Assembly: GCA_964016885.1 (NCBI GenBank)
Contig: OZ024750.1
Location: 54,188,001 to 54,252,000, forward strand
DNA length: 64,000 bases
Source: Eledone cirrhosa
Lineage: Eukaryota
Direction: 5' to 3'
Part shown: positions 1 to 11,152 of the stretch, piece by piece
Layout: each line of letters begins with the position of its first letter
Position numbering within the stretch: position 1 is the first letter of the stretch
The notes under the pieces: generated by a model
Seen by the model: only the letters and a program-made list of their open reading frames with translations
The model's database searches: none
What the model was told of the DNA's origin: nothing
Made by a program: the position numbers and the translations under genes

Positions 1-3
1 ACA

Positions 4-55
4 ACCATCCGAGCTGAAGATCCGCATAAGGTGAAACAATTGTTCTTGGTATGGT
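4..55 (+). ncRNA. Minimal type-I hammerhead ribozyme motif (Penelope-type)
   Basis: stem I ccgag/cttgg (extended accat/atggt), core CTGAAGA 14-20, short stem II, GAAA 33-36, palindromic caattg stem III, GUU triplet. Confidence 0.7.
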
Positions 56-97
56 GAACTAACTGTTGTGTTACTACTTATATATATATATATATAT

Positions 98-686
98 GGC
101 ATACGTCAAGACGGGCGGTCTCAAAAGTGAAAGTAAATTTATTTTCATTTTCGAACGTCGTGTTTACATTTTGTGTGTGTTTAGATCTAAATTAGTTACT
201 GAGATTAAAGACAGAATCAGAGCCTCTGTCGTTTTAACTGATTATATGTATATGTGCAGTTGACGGTTGGGAGAAGAGTACTCAATACCGAAGTAATCTT
301 GTAATGAGGCTTGCAGAATGGTGAATCCGCCATTCTAGACGCTGCCGCCTTGCAGAAGTCCCAAATCGAAGCTCTGACACTCTCGTTCCCATCATTCAGC
401 AGGGATTTTGCCAGGCAGCCGCATCATCTCCGATGGTTGGGCTTCCTATTCGGAAATTGAAGGTAGGATTTACGTTCATGATGTTGTGGTGCACGAACGG
501 AACTTTGTAGATCCTGCGGACCTTGATGTGCACACACAGCTCATAAAGAACACATGGAGCCGTGCAAAGAAGAAGCTTCGTCGCCAGCATGTTTCGTTTG
601 AACACACACACAAAATGTAAACACGACGTTCGAAAATGAAAATAAATTTACTTTCACTTTTGAGACCGCCCGTCTTGACGTATGCC
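98..686 (+). mobile_element. Internally deleted Merlin (IS1016/ISXO2-like) DNA transposon
   Basis: ~85-bp near-perfect TIRs starting GGCATACGTCAAGACGGGCGG, flanked by (TA)n; internal peptide PGSRIISDGWASY...VVHERNFVDP...HTQ.I.NTW matches the Merlin DDE core. Confidence 0.85.
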
Positions 687-799
687 TATATATATATATA
701 TATATATATATATGGAAAGTTATATTTAAATTGTTGTGTTACAACTAGTAAATATTTATAACTGATATAAAAGCACTCGACAAATATTTGGAGTATATT

Positions 800-897
800 T
801 ACAATATTAAATAAATGGAAACTATATTTATAAAACCATATTTATAATGAAATAAATATGGTTTTATAAATATAGTTTCCATTTATTTAATATTGTA
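800..897. repeat. AT-rich fold-back palindrome (~45-bp arms) next to (TA)n
   Basis: acaatattaaataaatggaaactatatttataaaaccatattta ... taaatatggttttataaatatagtttccatttatttaatattgt. Confidence 0.85.
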
Positions 898-910
898 TAT
901 ATATATATAT

Positions 911-1018
911 ATAAACGGAAAAAATGAAACGAAATTTCATTTCCCACTCTTAGTACGGCTGTTACTTAAATATAAGTATGTATACGTACATACATATATG
1001 TATACAGACGTACAGTAG

Positions 1019-1054
<36 letters not shown>

Positions 1055-1554
1055 CATCCACACATATATATATGTACGTATGGATTCACCGAACATTCAA
1101 AATGCTCGGTGTGTTTGTAAACAAACATCCCGTATTAAGCCGTAGTGTCTAGCAACCATCGTTGCTCGTTTGTTCAACACTGACAAAGGAACGCTGTACT
1201 AGTTTCAAGCGTATTAGCTATCGTCAGCAACGTATACCTTCCTGCCAGATGATTGAACGTCTGAAAGTATATACTTACCTTATGCATATTAACGGCTGAG
1301 TAGCCCAATTTGCATATCGAGTGGGTTAATCGGCCGGGTGCACCGAAAACGATAAACGGAAAAAATGAAACGAAATTTCATTTCCCACTCTTAGTACGGC
1401 TGTTACTTAAATATAAGTATGTACAGTGTTCCTTTGTCAGTGTTGAACAAACGAGCAACGGTGGTTGCTAGACACTACGGCTTAATACGGGATGTTTGTT
1501 TACAAACACACCGAGCATTATAATAAATGTTCGGTGAATCCATACGTACATATA

Positions 1555-1562
<8 letters not shown>
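911..1562. mobile_element. Penelope-like terminal-repeat relic with direct and inverted duplications
   Basis: 911-983 directly repeated at 1352-1423; ~1066-1200 inverted at ~1424-1560; contains a hammerhead motif; (TA)n flanks. Confidence 0.55.
1191..1233 (-). ncRNA. Minimal type-I hammerhead ribozyme motif
   Basis: minus strand reads acgttg CTGACGA t-agc-taatac-gct-t GAAA ctag TA cagcgt: stem I acgttg/cagcgt, palindromic ctag loop III, GUA triplet. Confidence 0.75.
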
Positions 1563-1586
<24 letters not shown>

Positions 1587-1664
1587 ACGAAGGAAATGTG
1601 GTAAGGAACCAGGTGGACCATAACGCACCAAAGTACTCAATACTTAGGGTAGTAGAGTGGGTAA

Positions 1665-1740
1665 TAGGAACGAGTAGGACCCCGACGAATTAGCCGTCGA
1701 AACGGCTTGAGCTCAGCCGTCGGGGTCCTACTCGTTCCTA
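1665..1740. repeat. Hairpin with 23-bp perfect arms enclosing a degenerate hammerhead-like core
   Basis: taggaacgagtaggaccccgacg ... cgtcggggtcctactcgttccta; inside cCGACGA...GAAAcggc-ttgagctca-gccGTC. Confidence 0.6.
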
Positions 1741-2540
1741 TATATATATATATATATATATATACTACTACTATACGCCTGTATACATATATGTATGTAC
1801 GTATACATACTTACATATATGTATGTATATATGTGTGTGTGTATATTATATACTTGTGTTATTTCAGTTTACCTTTTACATATATATGTGTTGTGTATAC
1901 GCAGTTCTAACTCTACAATTGTTTTGGCATTCCATGAACGCCTCACATATTTCGAATAAGTCTACCACCATTTTTCTAAATTTATTCTCTCCTCTTCAAA
2001 TAGTACATCACTTAGCTGCTGTATTTCGCAAACCGTGATTTCTTATATTTTTAATGCTCTGTTTGTGTGTCAAAGAATTTGTTTATTCAGTCAGCTAAAC
2101 TGTCTTAACCTTCCTGTCAAGCTTTCTCAACCTTCTCACATGTCATGGGTCAGTAACTTTTGTTACCATATTTCTAATAATCACTGTTTTAGTCTTATTT
2201 TAAAAATAATCAAGTTTTGGAAGGATTTCGTAAAAACATAACATTCTCATTATTAAAGTAGTGTTTGGAGCGTAACTTAAAATGTTTTTACATAAAATTA
2301 TTATTGGAAGTATGTATATAAATATAAACACTTTACCACTTTCGTTACCATGTCTCTAATGAAAATGTTTGAAAATAAGAATTTTGAGTGATATATTAAA
2401 ATAACTAATTTTTTCTGTGTTAAACTGGTGTTTGGTAGAAAAAGGTTCTTACATAAATTGATAGTTTTTTTTAGATAAATATAAACACTTTAAGATAAAT
2501 AGTTTTCTGATTTGGGGAGTTTCCTTGTTAAAGAATTCCA

Positions 2541-3721
2541 CCTCCATCACGCGTGTCCTCTCTACCACCACGCCTGTCCTCTCCTCCATCACGCCTGTCC
2601 TCTCCTCCATCACGCGTGTCCTCTCTACCACCACGCCTGTCCTCTCCTCCATCACGCCTTTCCTCTCCCCCATCACGCCTGTCCTCTCCTCCATCATACC
2701 TGTCCTCTCCCCCATCACGCCTGTCCTCTCCCCCATCACGCCTGTCCTCTCCCCCATCACGCCTGTCCTCTCCCCCATCACGCCTGTCCTCTCCTCCATC
2801 ACGCCTGTCCTCTCCCCCATCACGCCTGTCCTCTCCTCCATCACGCCTGTCCTCTCCTCCATCACGCCTGTCCTCTCCTCCATCACGCCTGTCCTCTCCT
2901 CCATCACGCCTGTCCTCTCCTCCATCACGCCTGTCCTCTCCTCCATCACGCCTGTCCTCTCCCCCATCACGCCTGTCCTCTCTACCACCACGCCTGTCCT
3001 CTCCTCCATCACGCCTTTCCTCTCCCCCATCACGCCTTTCCTCTCCCCCATCACGCCTGTCCTCTTCCCCATCACGCCTGTCCTCTCCTCCATCACGCCT
3101 GTCCTCTCCATCACACCTGCCCTCTCTTCCATCATACCTGTCCTCTCCCCCATCACGCCTGTCCTCTCCCCCATCACGCCTGTCCTCTCCCCCATCACGC
3201 CTGTCCTCTCCTCCATCACGCCTGTCCTCTCCTCCATCACGCCTGTCCTCTCCTCCATCACGCCTGTCCTCTCCTCCATCACGCCTGTCCTCTCCTCCAT
3301 CACGCCTGTCCTCTCCCCCATCACGCCTCTCCTCTCCCCCATCACGCCTCTCCTCTCTTCCATCATACCTGTCCTCTCCCCCATCACGCCTGTCCTCTCT
3401 TCCATCACGCCTGTCCTCTCTTCCATCACGCCTGTCCTCTCTTCCATCACGCCTGTCCTCTCTTCCATCATACCTGTTCTCTCCTCCATCACGCCTGTCC
3501 TCTCTTCCATCACGCCTGTCCTCTCTTCCATCACGCCTGTCCTCTCCTCCATCACACCTGCCCTCTCCTCCATCACACCTGCCCTCTCCTCCATCATACC
3601 TGTCCTCTCCTCCATCACGCCTGTCCTCTCCTCCATCACGCCTGTCCTCTCCTCCATCACACCTGTCCTCTTTTCCATCACGCCTGTCCTCTCCTCCATC
3701 ATACCTGTTCTCTCCTCCATA
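2541..3721. repeat. 21-bp minisatellite (CCATCACGCCTGTCCTCTCCT)n, ~56 units
   Basis: Direct inspection; explains the overlapping 7-aa-periodic ORFs. Confidence 0.97.
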
Positions 3722-4474
3722 TATGTAATTCTATAATATTATACTTGGTGAGGGTTGTTACTATTTTTACCGGTTTACTAAAGGGAACCCCCAACCTTCA
3801 CTGCACGAATATTAGTTTGCCAATGTTAAACGAAATAAAATATATAGCTTAGCTGATGTCTGTGTCGTAGCATTTTCCTTTTATTGCTAACGAAATAAGA
3901 CATTTTTTGTTAGTTATCTTGTTATAGTGTCCCCCTTTTCTGATTTTTCCAATCCATTGTTTACAAACCATTCTTCTTTATATTTCATTACGATATTATT
4001 TACAAACTATTCTTCTGTACCGCCAATAATTCTTCTTCGTTTAAATAAACACACCACTAATGTGACAATTGCCCTTGAACCCCCCGCCCCCGGATATATT
4101 GTCTAGTTTTTCCTCCTCTATTTTAGAAGGGTTGTACCTACGTAAGAAAGATCTTTCTCGAATGATATCGATTTTATTTTTACTATAGCTTTCGGTAATA
4201 TATATATATTCGATGTAATAATCTAATCAAATCAATTATTTTTATTTACAATTGTATAAATTTACAGTTGAATAACATTACAAATATGTTTTAAATATAT
4301 ACATAAATAACATTACAAATGCGTAAATAACATTATAAATTGCTCGCAATTCGTTCAGAACAACATTACTAATATAATGTCTAAACTATATAAAAATATA
4401 ATAATATAATTCGTTGAACAATAATGATAAAGGAAACAAAAAAAAAAGGTGTGTAGATGGGTGGGGGGATTAAC

Positions 4475-6080
4475 CACCAAGTGCGACAATCAAACACCTT
4501 AGGCGTTAATTACACACTTTGAGGCAAGTATAACCACTGGTGATGGCGAGGCTAAGGCACTGAAATAACCAGGCACCCTCATGGGTATCACCTGACACCT
4601 CAGTAAGGTGAGCCGCCAGTGATGACAAGAACTTCACTGTCAGTAGCCCAACTTCACCAAACGTCTCAAATTCCACAGGCTGGAAAAAATAAGTCCTGGT
4701 GTTTCAGAATGTTATTCCTTTCGGCAGTGGAAGCAGTGACCCCCCCCACATTCACCATGGCGTCCATGATGTGGGAGGGAGCAAAAGAGTTTCTGACTGT
4801 GACGTCCCAGATGAGACACCTACCTCTCACTCAGGGACAAAGGGTAAGGCCGATTGGTCTCTTCCCATCACTTCCGAAGAAACCAGCCGGCTCCAGAACT
4901 GTGGGGATATTTACCTGAGCGAGGGCCCGTTTAATAATCAGGTTTAACTCGGTGTGATGGGCAAAATGACCAGCATTCAGGTGGCAGGACAAACCATGTA
5001 AGCCTGTGGAGTCCAGTGACCTACCACAGCGACATCTCAGATCCCCCACAGATGTCAGCTCCCACATGAAGTGCAATGGAGATACAAAGTTTGTCCTGAC
5101 TGAGAAGGCCACCAATGTTGGCCACAGGCAGCGCATCAATCTAGTCCCCCGAGAACGTTGCGCTAGCAGAAAGTAAACAGCACCTAGAAATTGATTCGAA
5201 AGATCAAAGAGAGATTTGAAAGTTTCCCTCAACTGCATATTGTCCCATACTCTCTGCTTCCGTCTATCCTCATCAGTAACTGATTCTACCAGGGAGATGG
5301 ATGAAGCTTTACTACAGTGGAGAGAGCTGGGTTTGTCAGTTCCCGATATTACCAAGGATAGACGGAAGCAGAGTATGGGACAATCTGCGTTTGAGCGAAA
5401 CATTTAACTTCCTCTATGATCTTTCTGATCAATTTTCTAGGTGCCGCCTACTTTCAGCAATTGGATTAATGCCCTGCTGTGACCAACTTTGGTGGTCTTC
5501 TCACTGAACGAGCTCTGCATCTCCATTTCACTCCAAGTGGGAGCCAATGTCTGTTGGGAGTCTGAGATGTCGCTGTGGTCGGTTCCTAGACTCCACAGGC
5601 TTCCATGGTTTGTCCTGCCAACTGAATGCTGGTTGCTTCGCCCGCCACAGGGAGCTAAACCTGATTAAGTAGGCCCTAGCTCGGGTAAATATTTCCTCGA
5701 TTCTGGAGCCGGCTGGATTATCCAGAATTGATGGGAAGAGACCAGATGATTTTACCCTTTGTCCCTAGGTAAGAGGCAGATGTCTCATCTGGGATGCTAG
5801 TTAGTGACTCTTTTGCTCACTCCCACATCATTGGTGCGTGGTAAATGTGGGTGTTGCTGCTTCCGTTGCCAAACAGAGGAAAATCCTATCAAATAACTAT
5901 TTTTTTCAAATCTCGGCTTTCGAGACGTTTGAAGCTGGGCTGCTGATAGCAAAGTTCTTGTCGTTAGCATCTTACTGAAGTATCAGGTGATGCCTTTGAG
6001 GGTGCCTGGTTCTTTCAATGTGTTGGCTTGCCTCAAAATTTTCCATTGACCCTAGTGTGGCCAATTGTCGCACTTGACAG
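4475..6080. mobile_element. Inverted pair of decayed CRE-like (restriction-like endonuclease) non-LTR retrotransposon 3' fragments
   Basis: Minus arm encodes CRCGRSLDSTGLHGLSC (Zn knuckle) and EPAG...DGKRP.G (PD-D/ExK-type RLE); a diverged homologous copy lies on the plus strand at ~5290-6080. Confidence 0.75.
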
Positions 6081-6255
6081 TGAATTGATGGTTCTTTTTT
6101 CTTACCTTTTCTTTCTCTCACTTCGATCATATATTTTTGTGCATAATATTTGTGAGGCTCCTAGCAATAATTAATTGTATTATGTTTATATCTGTGTTTA
6201 TATTTTTATTCTGTAAGAACTATAATGTTATTTATACAACTGTGGACTTAAAAAC

Positions 6256-6306
<51 letters not shown>

Positions 6307-6377
6307 AGTATTGGTAAAATCCAGTACTTCAGTATGCGGATAGGGAGCACTCAATGAAGATATAAGTTCCGGAGTTA

Positions 6378-6722
6378 TAATAGTGATGAAACATAAGTCA
6401 ACTGCATGAACTCAATCCTTTATTTACTGCTATATATATTTCGATGATAGCCTTTGCATGGCTATGACCTGATCAGGCAGATAGTCAGTTCTTAGATATG
6501 CCAGCTCTGAGTGTATAGTGTTGATGGTATCAGAGCCTTGGGACATATCATATGTCCCAAGGCTCTGATACCATCAACACTATACACTCAGTCAGTTCTT
6601 AGATATGCCAGCTCTATCTGCCTGATGAGGTCATAGCCATGCAAAGGCTATCATCGAAATATATATAGCAGTAAATAAAGGATTATGAGTTCATACAGTT
6701 GACTTATGTTTCATCACTATAT
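6378..6722. mobile_element. ~170-bp-arm palindrome (centre ~6549) of a hammerhead-bearing Penelope-like terminal repeat
   Basis: Arms are reverse complements (e.g. cagagccttgggacatat/atatgtcccaaggctctg); flanked by (TA)n. Confidence 0.75.
6618..6671 (+). ncRNA. Minimal type-I hammerhead ribozyme motif
   Basis: ctgc CTGATGA (stem II atagcc-atgcaaa-ggctat) GAAA tatata TA gcag; the mirror copy at 6427-6480 (-) has CTGATCA. Confidence 0.75.
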
Positions 6723-7724
6723 ATATATGGGAATTTTATTAATATTAGGGAAATTTATTTATTTATATTTGATAAAATATTTTTCTCATTCAGTTTCCAA
6801 TTCATTATAATGGTTTTTTTTCTATAGTTGCACTGAAATATTTGTTCAAGGTTGGATGGTACATAGCACTTTAGAATTTGACTTCAAAACAACTAGTGAT
6901 GTATTATTCATGTCTACTACATTACAACTGTCTTCCCTCCCCTGTCATCATCTTCTGTAATTTACTTTCTATCTCTACATATCTTCTCACCAACTACTCT
7001 GGCATAACCCTCCTGTTATATTTTTTTATAACATATACTGTATTTCAATTAATATCCTGTAATAATTTAGCAGAAAATATCTACCAACAACTCTGTTAAT
7101 TCAAAAGTTTATAGTATCATTACTGGTAGACAGATTGTTGTGAAAATTTGTATTAAAAGTAAAGAGTAATCTTTTTAATGTGATGCTGTCATAGTGCTGT
7201 TTTGTATTTTTCAACAATGTCTTGCTGATGCAATTTCATGCAGTGCAGGATGTTAAGATTTAATGAAGAATTATTTAGTTAGTATTTGCAATATTTCTTA
7301 ATGGAAAAGTTTAAAATAAAATTTATGTTGGTAGGTTTTGATTTAAATTAGGAACCCTTTAAAATTGGGTAGTTTTGTTTAATAGAACCAGAGCCTGATT
7401 GGCATCAAAAGGCTAGTAATTCTATATTTATTGTAAAATGTGAGTATTTGAAGATGTACATTTTCAAAGACTTCCTTTGTTATAATACCTGCTACCTCAG
7501 TTTTGCTATTAAAAATATTTCTATTTGAGTTGTTACTCATTCCTCCTCCTTCCAAACCATAAATCCATTTATTTTATTTTTTAAAACTCTTTTCCCACCC
7601 TTTTTCAAGATTTATACTTTATTTGAAATGTGTGGCATTTTATCGTATAGAATACTTTCATTAAATATGTATTTTCAATTTAATTATCTATAAACTGTGG
7701 TATGTGGTTTCGTGGTTAGTGTTG

Positions 7725-8238
7725 AGAGAGAGACTAAGCATAAGAGGAATCAAATGCTGTGTGCAGGAGAGATTACATTGGTATGGACATTGTATGTGTA
7801 TGAAGGATGACAGCTGCATAAAAAGTGCAGAGCACTAAAAGTCAATGGAAGCCATGGAGTGGGGAGACCCAAGATCTTGGATGAGATGATAAAAGCCGAC
7901 CTTACTCAAAGGTGATAAAAGCCGGCCTCTGGCGTTATGCAGTAATACAGAAAACCCGACTTCCCACAGGTACAAGCCGAAGCTGAAGCATATAGACAAT
8001 ATGTCCCTCCCGCCATTCCCACTGTAAAGTGGTCGTGTAGGTGCCACGGTAAAAAAGCACCCAGTACTCACTGTAAATGAGGTTGGTTTTAGGAACTGTA
8101 GAAATCGAGCCAAAATCAGTTCTGTATGAGCAATACATGGTCAGTTGACCTGACATTGCCCACAACAGAACAAGCCGTCTAACCCATGCTAGCGTGGAAG
8201 AATGAACGTAAAATGGGGATGATGATGATGATGATGAC
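7725..8238 (+). mobile_element. RTE LINE 3' fragment with SINE-like 3' module and (GAT)n tail
   Basis: Homologous to the 3' end of the 15160-17421 element. Confidence 0.8.
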
Positions 8239-8969
8239 TCATGATTGTAAAGTTGAGTTCAATTCCTGGACGAGGCAGTGCATTGTCTCCTTGAACAAGA
8301 GACCTTATTTCATATTGCTTCAATCCATTCAGCTGGAAAAAAATGTGTTCCAATGACACTGGTGCCAAGATGTATTGGCTTGTGCTTTTATCTTGGACAA
8401 CTTTGGTGTTGTGGAGTGAGGAGACTTGCATGCATAGGTGACTGTTGGTCTTCCCAAGCTTATGTCTTGAAGAGGCAAACTTATGGTCAGTAAGTCATTG
8501 GTGTAAAAGCCATGGCCTCATGACTAAAGGGGGGTCTTTCTTTTCTTGTTCATGAATCCAGTAAAAATGGAAAAAGAAAACCAATGATGCCTCACACTTA
8601 ATCCTTACTAAATGTCCTGTTGTGGTTGTTTAGCTTTTCTGTCTCCTATTGGTGTTAATGTCTCATCTAATATATATTGTTCCAAACAACTCTTAAGTAA
8701 ATATGAATAAAATCTGATAAAAAAAGTTAAAACTTGAACATAGTCTAAAAGAAAGACTGTTCTCTGTATATACAAATGTGTATGATTTTTCCATGAGGTC
8801 TGGTGAAATAGGTCTGGTAAATGAGGTTGAATGTGTCTTTATGGATTACATTTGATTTCATAGATTGCTTTGATTTTTTCTAGATGTATTTATGTTGAAG
8901 TCTTAATTACAAGAGAGAACCCTTTAGTTATGTTAAAAACATGACAACCTCTCTAGTGATGATCTACGT

Positions 8970-11152
8970 CACAGGTTCTCAACTCATTTTGTGCCTCGAA
9001 ATCATGAAACGCCCCCCCCCCCCTATTTTTCCATTTTTCAATATACTACTGATTTTAGTCGATTACTAAAAAATTGATTAACAATATTCCAAAGATACCA
9101 TTGCAGGCAGCTCATAAATACATTCTTTGAAAGGAAATATATAAATTTCAAAAAAAAGGAACATAAATGTTTTTTTATGAATAAGGAAGGCATGGCTTAG
9201 TGGTTAGAGCATTGGGCTTGCAATCGAAAGGTTGTGAGTTCAATTCTCGGACCGGGGGATGTGTTGTTTCCTTGAGCAAGACTTTATTTCACATTGCTCC
9301 AGTTTACTCAGCTGTAGAAATGAGATGATAGAACTTGGGTCCCTATCATTCCACTGCAAAGTGGTTGTGGAGGTGCCACGGCGAAAAAAGCACCCAGCCC
9401 ACACTGTAAATGAGGTTCGTGTTAGGAAGGGCATCCAGCTGTAGAAATCAAGCCAGAATCAGTTCCTGTATGAGCAAGACAAGGTCAGCCGACCGGACAC
9501 TGCCCACAGCAGGACAACCCGTCTAACCCATGCTAGCGTGGAAGAACGGACGTAAAACGGTGCTGCTGAAGAACCAGTTGAATTTGTTATATTCCCACCA
9601 GGCGATACCAGCTATTTTGAACATTTATACAAGAGCAACTCTGTCTATCCAAAGAGTGGTCTTATCGGGAAGAAAGTGGCAATTATATCATTTCAAAGCT
9701 TTCCAATTTTCCCTTTATTGAAACGGACAGAATAAATGTTGATATCTAACTTGATGTCCCCTCTGCTTTGTGAGCTTAGAGACCATGGAAGAGGGTTTTC
9801 ATGACTATGTAAGAGGGTATATTTATTAGTAAATGGTAAAATATATACAACAAATGAGTAAGTGAATTGTAGTAGATGGTTTCCAGTCCAGTCAGACTGC
9901 AACTACAAATAAAAAAAATTGTTAGTTTGCTTTGTAACAATAGCATATCCAAGTTTTCAGATAAATCAACTTACTTTAACTTTGACCTCATTTCAATGGA
10001 ACCCTTGAGCTTCATGGAGTCTAGCTAACTCTTTCACGTGAGGCTGAATTTTCGTAAGATGTAGCCAGCGATCTCCACGTGTAATTACATTGCAGCGGTT
10101 GCGAGTCTTACTGTGCAGTCTGGAAACAGCACCAAACCTCCTCTCAACTAAGTATGAGCTTGGAAAAAGCAGAGCAAATCTCTTAGCCTCTGCTTGTAGG
10201 AGTGACAATCGATGCTGAATTTCCTCTTGCATCCAAAAAAGGGGTTCACTTATTTTGGGAAATCTAATTTTGATAATGTCATCTGCTTGAAGTTCAATGA
10301 ATTCTTCCTGAAATTTAACGTCCAAATCGTCGACAGTAATAATGAAGGGATCTGCTATCCACATTGGGATGTCCATCAGCAAAAGGTCAACAAACCGTTC
10401 TCTCATGTTGACTTGTAGTGCACGGAGGTGAGCAGTATATATTTGGTGTTGGTCATCGCTTACAATGTTTTGAACATTGGCGACACTAGGAAAATTATAG
10501 AATTCCCATCGTCAAAGATTCCTTTCGATGACATTCAATTTGGCCAGGAATGTTTTCACAGCATTCCTTGCTTTAAGCAAGGTGATCTTCTTCCCCTGCA
10601 AAGCCATAATGATGCTATTGCATTTGTCAAAGATGTTAGCGAGGTAGGCGCAGTCTTGCCCCACATTGAGGGTTTTCTTGTACAGTTCTATGTTGCGTCC
10701 TCAAAGAAACTCGAACTGTTCAAAGAAGTGAGTAAGGCACTTGCCCTTTGAAAGCCACCTCACTTCAGTATGAAGGAGCAACTTGACGAATTCTTCGTCA
10801 TTATCTTGGCACAGTTGCCGAAAAATTCGTTCATCGAGGGAATGGCGTTTGATAAAATTGATCATATCAATGGTCACCTGCAAGGACTTGCTCAGCAGCT
10901 CACTGAGTTTCTTCGCAGCCAAGTGTTGTCGATGAATGACACGATGAACAGCAAATACAGATAGATTTTCTCTCTTCAGAAGAGTGACGAAACCCTTATG
11001 TTGGCCGACCGTTGCTCTTGTGTCGTCCGTAGCACATGATACAATGTGTGTTGTATGTAGTCCTAGATGTATGTATTACTTGACGCCCCCTTACTCCAAA
11101 ACGCCCCTCCCCCTGGAGTTGCAAATCGCCGCCTAGGCGTTGAGAACCTTTG
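8970..11152 (-). mobile_element. Buster-family hAT transposon relic (ZBED5/SCAND3-like transposase fragments)
   Basis: TIRs CA(C/A)AGGTTCTCAAC at both ends; 8-bp TSD ATCTACGT (8962-8969, 11153-11160) with central TA; peptides LLLHTEVRWLSKGKCL and LLFPSSYLVER. Confidence 0.9.
9187..9570 (+). mobile_element. tRNA-headed SINE (CORE-like domain + RTE-derived bipartite body) nested in the hAT element
   Basis: A box tggcttagtgg, B box gagttcaattc, ccttgagcaagac core, aggaagggcatccagctgtag module, RTE tail cggacgtaaaac. Related copies at ~12340-12480, ~20437-20765 (-), ~28190, ~35180. Confidence 0.8.

Noticed and set aside
1240-1280. cagatga...gaaagtatatactt as a further hammerhead (similar case at ~22200-22255, minus strand)
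   Set aside because: Core is CAGATGA and stem I/II pairing is poor; at most a decayed relic
2449-3852. Four overlapping 390-446-aa ORFs
   Set aside because: Translation of a 21-bp minisatellite; no unique coding sequence or splice support
5255-5285. CTGATGA on the minus strand at the centre of the CRE inverted pair, as a possible hammerhead
   Set aside because: No stem II/GAAA/stem I pairing; lies within decayed coding sequence
9187-9262. tRNA gene
   Set aside because: A/B boxes are present but it continues into a SINE body with no proper acceptor stem or terminator; the same holds for the other tRNA-like heads
9993-10922. Domesticated ZBED/SCAND3-like host gene
   Set aside because: Fragmented frames enclosed by TIRs and a TSD, so a transposon relic
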